Source: Macrostomum hystrix (lineage: Eukaryota; Animalia; Platyhelminthes). From it: a DNA stretch of 64,000 bases. The DNA lies in the NCBI GenBank assembly GCA_950097015.1, contig CATNEN010000038.1, positions 33,542,001-33,606,000 on the forward strand. The letters are read 5' to 3'. How positions within the stretch are numbered: the stretch's first letter is position 1; the number at the start of each line of letters is the position of its first letter. Below are positions 38,763 to 49,507 of this stretch, one piece after another. The notes beneath the pieces were generated by a model. The model did no database searches, was not told the DNA's origin, and saw nothing but the letters and a program-made list of their open reading frames with translations. A program made the translations under genes and the position numbers.

Positions 38763-39230
38763 ATGACAATGACCAGCTCCAATACAAACAGCGTCGATAG
38801 TTCAACTTCGCAACAGTCGGCAGTTAACTGCGCTGGTGTCGTCGGCGCCAATAATCACAACATTCTATGGCCAAACTGTCCCAACGGTTGCCACGATGCC
38901 TGCTCTCTGGCCAACCTGTCTGTTTACAAGGCCCAGGTGGCCGGAGTGTCCCTGCCAGGAAGGTTTCGCGTCACAATGCGCCGAGTTCATGGCTCCCTAC
39001 ACCAGCAGCTGCTGCTGAACAGATCTGTTCGATGGCTCTGTCAGAGACTGTTGCTAGGCGACGCTGGACCCAGTCAGACCTGCATCGGCGCGGTTGAAGA
39101 GAACGAGCACTCTGTTTATGACTCGGATCCGGCCACTGCTTCCGCTGCCAACGGCTCTGTGCCGATTGTGACAGAGCCTGTCTACTCTGCTGTGACGGCT
39201 GGTGTTGCCGAATCTGCTGCTTCTGTTTGA
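38763..39230 (+). CDS. SERTA-domain-like protein, paralogue 2
   Basis: CPNGCHDACSLANLSVYKAQ...GRFRVTMRRVHGSLHQQLLLNRSVRWLC aligns without gaps to paralogue 1. Acceptor AATTCAG is at 38740. Confidence 0.6.
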   Translation: MTMTSSNTNSVDSSTSQQSAVNCAGVVGANNHNILWPNCPNGCHDACSLANLSVYKAQVAGVSLPGRFRVTMRRVHGSLHQQLLLNRSVRWLCQRLLLGDAGPSQTCIGAVEENEHSVYDSDPATASAANGSVPIVTEPVYSAVTAGVAESAASV

Positions 39231-40304
39231 CCTCTGGTAAAACTTTATTGAAATGACGGCGCGAGTAACTAATGTTTTTTAGGTTTTTTAAAATGTAGCA
39301 CTGAAACATTTTTTATCAACAGCCTTTGACCCCTAGGATACCCATCTCGTAAATTATTTCCCCATCCTTAGGCTGTCTATTTACAGTCATTTCCCATCCC
39401 TAGAGTCCCCCTGATCCTCAAATTGTATTAATTGAATGTTAGCAATAACTATCTAAACTAATTTTCTTTATGCTGAGTACAAAAGCAAGTTTTATTAAAA
39501 ATCGTAAGCAATATTTATTACCTGGTGTCTTCAGTCTTTCGTTTGTCCCATTCTTTTTTGTTTATACAGATCACCTGGAGTTGACCTTTTTGGACTTCCC
39601 ACTGTCCACTAATGAAAGCGCAAGTATCACAGAAGAATATTTAACATCGCCTGTATTGTAGTTTTATTTTTCATTTCCACCTTGTCCGAACTATGGTATT
39701 GGCATTTGCTGTTCTTTCTTTCAAGCATGTTTTTACAAAAAATCACATTTTAAGTCTCAACTAGCGTGTTAAACGCTCAAATGTTTTCATTTTGCTGTTT
39801 GAGAACTGTGCCTAATAAAAGCAATATATTTTGTTGTGATTCTCGTCCGGACAGTGAGCTCGTGTTTTTAGATTAGTTTTAACAGTTCAAATATGTTATT
39901 AGTGTATTTAATTGCGTGGCTGTCAGTGTAGTTTTATGCTTTCGTATTGGCGTTGTTTGCTAACTTTCGCTGGTGCTGCGAAGTTCAGTTGTGCCATTGT
40001 TTTCTTTATCGGCCAGTTTCTTCTCTCGCAATTTATTCGGGGATTCCTAATAGTCGTTATGCAACAATATTTGTATCGCAAGTCTATGAGAAAATATTTA
40101 GTTCTTATCGCACATATCGCTCGAAACTTTTTCCAAATTCGTTAAAATCGTTTTAATGATAAAAAGTATTAAAATACCTATTTACTGCTATTATTATTTA
40201 TATTTATTATATGCGACTGGCTTTACCAGGCTAAAATTTCTCGGTGAATTGTTCCACATCGTGTCACACTGTTGTTATTTGACTTATTCATTTTGTGCTA
40301 ATAT

Positions 40305-41252
40305 TGAATCCCATCACACACCCACAATGACATAGAATCCCATCACACACCCACAATGGCGTAGAATCCCATCACACACCCACAATGGCATAGAATCCCA
40401 TCACACACCCACAATGGCATAGAATCCCATCACACACCCACAATGGCATAGAATCCCATCACACACAATGGCATAGAATCCCTTATTCATTTTGTGCTAA
40501 TATTGAATCCCATCGCACACCCACAATGACATAGAATCCCATCACTCACACAATGGAGTCCCATCACTCACACAATGGAGTCCCATCACTCACACAATGG
40601 AGTCCCATCACACACACAATGGAGTCCCATCACTCACACAATGGAGTCCCATCACACACACAATGGAGTCCCATCACACACACAATGGAGTCCCATCACT
40701 CACTCAATGGAGTCCCATCACACACAATAGAGTCCCATCACTCACACAATGGAGTCCCATCACTCACACGATGGAGTCCCATCACACACAATGGAGTCCC
40801 ACCACTCACACAATGGAGTCCCATCACACACACAATGGAGTCCCATCACTCACAATGGAGTCCCATCACTCACACAATGGAGTCCCATCACTCACACAAT
40901 GGAGTCCCATCACTCACACAATGGAGTCCCATCACTCACACAATGGAGTCCCATCACTCACACAATGGAGTCCCATCACACACAATGGAGTCCCATCACT
41001 CACACAATAGAGTCCCATCACTCACACAATGGAGTCCCATCACACACAATGGAGTCCCATCACTCACACAATGGAGTCCCATCACTCACACAATGGAGTC
41101 CCATCACACACAATGGAGTCCCATCACTCACACAATAGAGTCCCATCACACACACAATGGAGTCCCATCACACACAATGGAGTCCCATCACACACACAAT
41201 GGAGTCCCATCACACACAATGGAGTCCCATCACTCACACAATGGAGTCCCAT
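40305..41252. repeat. Minisatellite, 20/22-bp unit immediately upstream of PFDN6
   Basis: Unit CAATGGAGTCCCATCAC(T/A)CACA, with a longer variant at 40305-40540. Confidence 0.96.
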
Positions 41253-41297
41253 GGCATCAATCCTTGCAGTTATATTTGCCGCATCACAGCAAAGCTA

Positions 41298-41678
41298 ATG
41301 GCAGAAGGCATCGAGAAGAGATTCGAAGGCGAGCTGCAGAAGCTGAAGTCTCTCCACGTTGAGCTAAGCAAGAGTGTGCAAGCTGTTCAGAAGCTGGAGT
41401 CACAGTTGCAAGAGAACAAATCTGTGCAGGAAGAGATGGAGCTGTTGGGTGGTGACGCGGTCATCTTCAAACTCGAAGGCCCCGTGCTGGTGAAGCAAGA
41501 CAGCTCGGAGGCACTGCAGAATGTAGGCAAGCGAATCGCCTACATCGCGGAAGAGTTAAAACGGCACGAGGCTCAAATCAAAGAATTGGAAAGCAAACGC
41601 GAAAATCACCAGGCCAATCTGGCCCGCCTGCAGCAGCAGTTTCAGCAGGCACAGGTCAAAGCTGCGGCCAGAGCTTAG
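41298..41678 (+). CDS. PFDN6: Prefoldin subunit 6
   Basis: 126 aa: MAEGIEKRFE...KLESQLQENKSVQEEM...IFKLEGPVLVKQD...NVGKRIAYIAEELKR. Confidence 0.95.
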   Translation: MAEGIEKRFEGELQKLKSLHVELSKSVQAVQKLESQLQENKSVQEEMELLGGDAVIFKLEGPVLVKQDSSEALQNVGKRIAYIAEELKRHEAQIKELESKRENHQANLARLQQQFQQAQVKAAARA

Positions 41679-41711
41679 GAGTACACGCCGACAATTTTGT
41701 TGCTTCTTGTC

Positions 41712-41820
41712 GTTCTCATAGCAACATGTCTACAAATATGTTGAATAGAAGACACGCTAGTTTGCTTAGCCGGGTTAACATACTTGGGATAATTAAGATG
41801 TGTTTGGTTGCCATGGTAAT
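41712..41820. promoter_or_regulatory. Pair of X-box (RFX) motif matches
   Basis: GTTCTCATAGCAAC (41712-41725) and GTTGCCATGGTAAT (41807-41820) fit the 14-bp X-box consensus. They lie about 1.1 kb upstream of the RING-NHL gene. Confidence 0.4.
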
Positions 41821-42274
41821 AACAATCTGTTAAATTAACAGGCGAGGCGAAGCATTTTACTTAGCTTTGTCACACTTGCCATAATACTCATAAATTGTTA
41901 GTGGGGCTAAATGAAAATATTTATTTGTTTAAGTACCATTAAGCTGTCTAAATACACTGGCAAGTTTATTTTACTTTCTAATTATTTTTTGTTTCTTAAC
42001 GTTGCTTGTCTTGTGCAGCAAAGTAGTGTTTTTTTTAACTATTTGTATTTTATTAATTAGTGAAATCTACACAGACAGTTAACAGGAACAAGATTTTAAT
42101 TTGTTATTGTGCACAATGGGTAGGAGACCCTTCATTAGCTTGTGCCTACTTCTTGATCATGTCTGCAGCTATGCTTGCTCAACGCTCGTCGTAAAAAGCA
42201 ATTTCACCTTGTCGTTCCACCTCACGCACGCATTAATTAATGTATGCTATCTAATCTATTAGTTTTGTAAGATT

Positions 42275-42520
42275 AGACTTGACCGCACCAAGGTCCCTGA
42301 GCTCGATTCCCCGGTTGAGGCCACATTCATTTTTGGGGGTGCAGCCGCGGAGTGAAAGCTTGGAGGCTTTGAGGGCCAACCTCCAAGGCACAGTGAAAGT
42401 GTACACTGCCTGACTGTGAGAGAAAGTTTGTCCTGATGTATACACCTGTGTGCGTGTGTGCTCAGGAGTCAGCGAAATAATCTGAATTAATTGCCTCCTC
42501 TGGTTTCGGCTTAAGTTATT
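42275..42520 (+). mobile_element. tRNA-derived SINE (family A)
   Basis: CGCACCAAGGTCCCTGAGCTCGATTCC head remnant, GAGGGCCAACCTCCAAGGCACAGTG body and GTGTGCTCAGGAGTCAGCGA tail. Confidence 0.8.
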
Positions 42521-42904
42521 AAATCACCAATTTTAATGTCTGTCATAGCTGTCACAAATGATCATACCTTCGAATATTATTAATAAATTATAAAATTAAT
42601 GTGGCCTTACCATGTTTTCAAGCTCAGCGACAGATTCAGTGTCTGTCTTTCTATGGGTAGAATGAGTTATTCATTGTTACCTAGCCTGAGCATTCTTTGC
42701 ACCGAAGCTTCTTATTTTTTGACATTGTTGTACTGAGCTTTCTAGAACAATAACGTGCAAATGTGGCAGCTAGTCTTTCCACCAGAATATAGTCGCTGCC
42801 TGCTCGCATTTCAGTTTTAACTGACTCTGTTCTATCGTTATTTAAACGAAGAAATTTCATACAAAGTCGGTCGCCTTTCAAAATAGAAACAAGTCTACAT
42901 CCAG

Positions 42905-45823
42905 ATGGATCCAGTTCAGTGTGCTCACCTGGTGGCCTCAGCCGCTGAAGAGGAGCGCACCTGTCCCGTCTGCCTAGAAGAGATCGACTGCGCCAGGGTG
43001 CTCGACTGCGGCCACTGCATGTGCGACACCTGCGCTGTGCGCTATTGCCGCAACCTTCTCGGCCGTCGCCGATCCGACAGCGCCAACGATCTTCTGGTTG
43101 TTGGGCCGGTGGCCTGTCCGAAATGTCGCGATGTCAGCCTAGTGGCGTTGGACTCGGCTAAGTCTCTCGTTGGCCTACCAGAGACTGGCAAATTGGCCGC
43201 CCTGGTGTCTGTTTGTCACGGATTTGTCAATAATCCCGTCCTATTTCTTGGCATTGAAGAGGACGTGTCCGAGGATTGCGTTGAAACTAACGACGATGGA
43301 GAGTTGAGCGACGGCGAGGGTGGCCAGATCGTTGGCGAGGGCGATTTAGAGACTCGGTTGGTCCCACATGTCAGATCTCTACTCCCAAATTGAGTCCCAC
43401 TGTCAGATCCCTAATCTCAGGTTTTGTCCCACTATCAGATCCCTAATCCCAGATTTAGTCCCACTATCAGATCCCTAATCCCAGATTTAGCCCCACTATC
43501 AGATCCCTAATCCCAGATTTAGTCCCACCATCAGATCCCTAATCCCAGATTTAGTCCCACTGTCCCAGAATCCCAGATTTAGTCCCACTATCGAATCCCA
43601 AAAGGCCAGGTATTTCTGAGCTCTAAACCAATCACCGCTGCTCATTCAACAGGCTGCAGTCCCGCCTGCAGGCGGCCGGCGCCGAGCTGTCCAATCTGCG
43701 CCAAGAAGCTCGCGACCTGCGCCAGGAGATTCGCGCCCAAGCCATCGCCGAGAAGAGCCAGGCCGATGATGTGGAAGGCGCCAATGAGAAGGCTGAGCAG
43801 CGACTACTGCAGAGCCTGTCCGCCGCCTTCAACGGTCCAGCCGACCGTCTGATTCGTCGCCAAGAAGCTGCTCGGATGCGCCTCGAGTCTGCTTGGCTGC
43901 GCCTTCGCTGCATTCAGTTTGCTCGCAGTTGCTATGGCAACGGTTTCCTAGGCAACTTCGCCAAGGCTTGGCGCGCCGTGGCTTCCGGCTCGCCGGATGT
44001 GAAACGCGCCGCCGATCCGAGCGCCTGGGATCAGGCCGCTCTGCAGCTGCGTCGCGACTCCTTTGTCGCCTGGGCTATCGCCGTTTCTAAGGACGCAACT
44101 AAGGACGCCGGCGCTGTAGACTCAGAGGAGACTGTCACTGCCGCTGTTGCCGCTGCCGCTGCTGCCGCGGCCAGCGATAGATCGACCGTGTCAGGTTGGC
44201 CATTTCTTCATGGATAATAGTTTCGAATTGAGTGCACGACAGATGTCTTGCAGAATTTGACTTGTCATTTCCAACAGTCATTTGTCGGCAGTCAAATTAT
44301 CTTAGTCAAATCGTGCCATTCAATTTTCGTTGACCCTTTCTAATTTAGTAACATGGCTAGGCTTTTTTCTAGGTTTTAGCTATAGTTTGCGCTTAATTTA
44401 CCCAGGCTTGTCTAGCCCAACTTCGGCCGGTGGCGCGGAAGGTGCAGGCGCCGTACCCAAACGGCTGGTGCGCACCAAACTGATCTGGAAGGTTGGTCAG
44501 GGCGGCGAAGGTCCCCTGGAGTTTCGCTGGCCCGTGCACGCCAACTTCGCGTCGGACAATCGGGTGGCTGTTTGCGACAAGAACAACTGCCGCGTTCAGC
44601 TGCTCAGCCTTAAGGACGGCTCGTTTCTCGGCTACCTGGGCAGTGGCTGTCTGAAGCCGCGAAGAATCTTGCAGGTTCGCAGGCACTCGTTTCTTTAATT
44701 TCCTTCTACTCTACTGATCAGTAGTCTGATGCGAATAATCTCTATTTCTATGTTTAATTTTTATAGGCTAAAGACGGAAATTTCTACATTTGCGACGAGA
44801 ACGCCGCCTGTGTTAAAGTCTATAATCAAGATTTGACAATGATTGGTCGGCTTGGCGAAGGCATCTTCCAGTGTCCTTCAGGTGATTTTTTTATTTATTG
44901 TTTGGCCTACAATTACTCGTAGTTTGGGCGTTACAAAATAAACATTTATTTTAACCACTCGCCTAACATGCAGGCATAGCCGAGACTCGCCACGGTAACA
45001 TTGTCCTGACTGATCTTGACCACGCCTTCGTTGTTGTTATCAGCCCGGTCACTGGCCAAATTGTGAGGAAATTTCACACTCGCCTACCTGATGACGCCTA
45101 CATACCGTCGCCGCATTTTGTTGCCATGGACGACGACGACTTTATTGTTTTGGCCGACAGTTTAAATAATACTGTCAAGGTGAGACAGGCGTGTTTCGAT
45201 TGTTATGTTGTTACAGGAGTTCAAGACAGACTGTTACAGAGGCCTGAGACAGACTGTTACAGGAGTTCAAGACAGACTGTTACAGAGGCCTGAGACAGAC
45301 TGTTACAGAGGCCTGAGACAGACTGTTACAGAGGCCTGAGACAGACTGTTACAGAGGCCTGAGACAGACTGTTACAGACGCCTGAGACAGACTGTGACAG
45401 ACTGTTACAGAGGCCTGAGACAGACTGTGACAGACTGTTACAGAGGCCTAAGACCTCATTCAAGCCTTAACCACTACGTTAAAATCCCAGATCTTCGACC
45501 CGCGCGGCCGCATCTCTGGTCGCATCCGGGGCTTCAAATGTCCGCGCGGCCTAGCCGTAGACCATCGCGGCAACCTGCTGGTGGTAAATGCCGACACCCA
45601 CTCGGTGTCCCTGTTCACCAGCCTTGGCAAGCACCTGCAGCAGGTTCTGGGTGCCGATGACGGCCTCAGTTTTCCTATGTCGGCCGCTTTCGATAAGGAA
45701 CGGCGTCAGCTGTTGCTAACCCAATGCAATATCTATGGCCGATTCGAAGTGCTGCTATATCAAATGGAGTATGTTGAAGACTTCGACAATGAGGACGACT
45801 GCGTTGGGGATGCCTCAAAATAA
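42905..45823 (+). CDS. RING - coiled-coil - NHL repeat protein (TRIM-NHL-like E3 ligase)
   Basis: Exons 42905-43356, 43653-44194, 44406-44674, 44767-44881, 44974-45179 and 45491-45823, phase-consistent. C3HC4 RING CPVC..CGHCMCDTC..CPKC, a coiled coil, and NHL repeats (FRWPVH..VCDKNNCRVQ, FQCPSGIA, PHFVAMD..ADSLNNTVKIFD, FKCPRGLAVD). Confidence 0.85.
43360..43600. repeat. Intronic minisatellite, 32-bp unit
   Basis: Unit CCCTAATCCCAGATTTAGTCCCACTATCAGAT. Confidence 0.9.
45205..45452. repeat. Intronic minisatellite, 23-bp unit
   Basis: Unit GACAGACTGTTACAGAGGCCTGA. Confidence 0.92.
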
Positions 45824-46964
45824 TGCCATTATTAAACTAACGACCAAACTCAAATCGTGAACAGAAACTCTTAAACAGAGAACGAATAGACGATAAAAGA
45901 TCAGACATCCAAGCGGCATTCCTATTTGGTGTTAACCAATCGTTCTACAATCATTTCTATGGCACAAATCCAGATCTCTTGGTTCTTATATCACGATGTA
46001 AAGATTGCTTGCGCATATTTTTCTTCGTCTCGTCGTTTATTATTTTAACAGCTCGCATGCATTATAGTACAGTTTCATTCAGTAAAGAATCGAATGTACA
46101 AACGATGCTGTCAAATTTCAGATAAAATATCGCTTTCGTCTTTAAATTTTTGAAGTCCTTATTACCACTTCAAACGTTTCTGTACGCGAATATTGATGCG
46201 ACTTTTTTTAACATCGCATTAACGCTATATTTTTCTACTAACGATATTAACTTTCAAAATGGCCTCCAATGTCAAGCATATTGAATTGATGGAATTAGGG
46301 CAATGTGAGTTTCATCCCCTCAGCCTCCTCCGGGGGAAGAGTTTGCTTAGTTTATTAACTAATTATCCTCACCGCGAGGCTTCATTGGATTTGAATTGTC
46401 TATGGCAATTAACACTGGTTTAGGATTGCTACAAATATAGAATTTAAAATGGTTTAGTCGTCTTCTATTGGTGGATAATATGCCATAGATGATCTGTTAA
46501 ATAGCCATCTGTGTCTTGTCGATAAAGTACAGAAATTAAAAGTACTTGTGTCAGATGTTGAGTATTGGTATTGAATATCCTGCTGGACTCTACAATTATC
46601 TATTTACTTTGTACATAGGAGCTACAAAAATTTTACCTATTACGGTTTGATTTGATTATTTAAAACGAACGCGATTCAGTTTCTTCTAATATAGAAGCGT
46701 GTAGAATTTCTTAGAAAATAGACCTCGTCATTGTGTAATGATTTTAATTTGCACTTTTCAATAAAAATTGATAATCTTTTGTTAACATAAAACAGCTTTC
46801 ATTCAATCATTATTCGGTCATTGCATTGAATCATAAATTTTATATTTGGACTTCAGTTGTCGAGTCGGTTATTTTTTGCTGATTTAAAAATCTATCTCTT
46901 GATACTACATGATGTAGCGGCCAGACAGGCGAATCAGCCATAACTTCCGTGGCGGACAAGACAC

Positions 46965-48368
46965 ATAGGAGGGCGAAGTCGCATGCATAGTCGAAATAGA
47001 GATAATCAGGATAATGTGCAGGATGCGTCACCAGCTGGACTCCATTCTCGGTCAGAAATGCCAATGTTGCAGCAGCCGTGCGCGCACTAACATTGTCGTG
47101 GTGCAGCAGCAGGCCATGAAGTCCGGTGCGCGGCCGGCGTCAGCGCCACGCATCGAACACCAGCGGCAGGCACTGGTTGATATACCAGTCGGCAATGACT
47201 GCAGTACGCCTGTTTTGGAGCGCTACAGTCGCCAGGTGGCCAGCCTGGCTGAAGAAAGTCGCCACCATCTGCTTCCCGACGCTGCGGGCCCGCTTGACCT
47301 TAGTTGGAGTGGCATCATCCGGAAGGAGCCAAACTGCCGACTGCTGCTTGGTTTCCGGGTCGTACTGGTAGACCCAGGTCTCATTATAACAGGAAAGTTT
47401 TGTCTTCCTGTTACCTTCTGCCACAGCAACAGAGAGATAAACGCTCCACGGGCCAGAGGCCCGTTTCTGTGTGGACTCCGGAGTCACATGAAAAGCGGCA
47501 GCCCAGCTCTGCCTCTCGCTTCCAGTGTATTTAAATTCAAGCAGCGCGCACAACAGGCAGAATGGGGAGAGAGGGAGAAACGCTGGGAGATTGCTAACAC
47601 AGGGCAGCTGTTTCTTTGTCCCACACGCACACGCTCCCCAGCGTAGAACGCTCGCCGGACTTCTTCCTCCCATTACTGGGCCGTATCGATCCACGGACGC
47701 CTCGTCGTGTACGCGAATCATGTGAGCCATGCAAATACAATGTTCTGAAGCGTATTTGCAAGGCTTACACTCATCGCCTGCGACAATCTCCCAGCATCGC
47801 TTCGAGGTGCCAGAGTCGAATCTTTCGAGCATGAATTCGCACCAACGCACCCTCTCCGCTTTCTGGTCCTCCGTCAGGTTGTGGGGCACCCATCGGGCAC
47901 ATCGCTTGGAGGCTCCCAGCTTGTCGTGTAGGATGGTCGTAACCGCTGCCGATCCAATGCCAAGAGCCTCTCTGATCTCGGCACAAGTCACTCGCCGCGG
48001 TCTTTGTCAATCATTCTCCGGACAGCAGCGATGTTTTCGTCCGTGACAGCGGAAACTGGACGTCCCAACCGAGGCTCGTCATCAAGGCTGCTCCGGCCCC
48101 ACTTGCATTCGCAGTACCACCGAAAAACGGTGGCACATGAAGGGGTTTGGTATCCAAAGGCTGCACGTAAACTTTCAGCGCATTGCTCTTGCGTGAGACC
48201 TTTACGCTCGTCGTAAACTATCATGGCACGAAAGTCGCAGTTTGTCAACTCCATTGGAGCGAGAACAGTTTTATAGGGGTATTGACTTTGAAGAGTGATT
48301 GTGAAAAATTTACAAGAGCGCAAAGGCTGAAAATTACTACTCAATCATTTTTATGGTATCCCCCCTAT
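46965..48368 (-). mobile_element. Decayed mariner (Tc1/mariner, DDD-type) transposon, frameshifted and 3'-truncated
   Basis: ORF pieces carry TVFRW..GRSSLDDEPRLGRP, WVPHNL, IVAGDE/TWVYQYDPETK, LLHHDNVSAH and HPAHYPD..CDFAL. A likely 5' terminus TAGGGGGGATACC lies near 48368, and no matching second TIR was seen. Confidence 0.92.
47385..47769 (+). mobile_element. Solo-LTR-like insertion with 5-bp target-site duplication
   Basis: Flanked by CTCAT at 47380-47384 and 47770-47774. Termini TATAAC...TTACA are one change from TGTAA...TTACA, and there is an internal TATTTAAA. Confidence 0.75.
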
Positions 48369-48379
48369 CTCGCAAGAGT

Positions 48380-48700
48380 TAAAGAAACCACCCAGGAAGC
48401 AGCCGATGTAACCGTAAATTGTGCGGAAACCGCCGAAGAATCACCCGAACCAGTGGCCCATGGGACAACCAGAGAATTATTTACGGGCGATTCCTCGGCG
48501 GTTTCTGAGCATGGAATCTTCCGAACTGGAGGATTCTTTGGGTGATTCCATTTCGCCACCAAGAAGCACCGAGAAAACGCCCAGTTGGGTAGATTCTAAG
48601 CATGGAATCATCCGATTGGTATGTTTCCAGCGTTCGGCTGTTTCTTTTTCTGGAAACACCGCAGATTCCAACTGGAATCACCCAAAGAAACATCCTTATT
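48380..48700. repeat. Palindrome-rich repeat fragment next to the mariner end
   Basis: GGATTCTTTGGGTGATTCCA (about 48530) is inverted as TGGAATCACCCAAAGAA (about 48673). A direct repeat AGCATGGAATC(T/A)TCCGA is also present. Confidence 0.5.
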
Positions 48701-49507
48701 TTTAGCGGGATAGTATGTGCATTAAAAGGCGTGCAGCTGCGACTTATAAGTCTGCCGTATCTCAAAGCTTTCAAAGGTCCTCATACTTTTAGGTATGTCG
48801 CGTTTATCTACAACTTTAAACTGAATTTGTGAAGCAATGTGACATTTAGCCCTTAAAAGGGCCGCTTTATATACTCATATACCAGCGTTCTATCAAACCA
48901 AAATCAAACTCTTGATAAGAAAGTAAATACGTTTCCTAATTTACGTTTCACAGACATCGCTGATCGATCTGTAGTTATTTAGAAATTTAATACGCTTAAA
49001 AACTACATCTAGCATTTAAACTGAATAATTTGAATTTCACAGACTAGATGAGTCTGAGATTATTTATTCGGGCATAGTTTATTTTAATACAGTTGACAAT
49101 GTCCATTCTTTCACAGGAAGCCATGGGACTGATATTAATAATCAGTTTAAATGGAGTTGTTATCCATCATTTTCACTATGAAAAAATATGTGATTATGCA
49201 AATATACGAGTATAATCTAAATTTTAACTCAATAAGTTTATCGCAACATTGTCCACAAAAATAGTGTACGATTTTTACTATAAATCAAAGAAATCAAGAA
49301 CTCAACACTTTCTTCGAAATTGAAATCAGTATTGCCGATTCATCGCACCCTACTATTAGTAGCAGAATGAAGAACACAGTCGGGCACGCAAAAACTTTCG
49401 TAAATAAATGGCTGAAGAGAATATTTTCTAACATTTGTAATTAGAATTTGCATCCCTTACAAATCTAGCGATTGTTTTGTTTCGCTTCAGATTCAACTGT
49501 CCAAGAG

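Noticed and set aside
47380-47774. The insert acting as a spliceosomal intron that restores the transposase
   Set aside because: The available GT donors and the terminal AG would leave a +1 or -1 frameshift, and the transposase has other disabling lesions.
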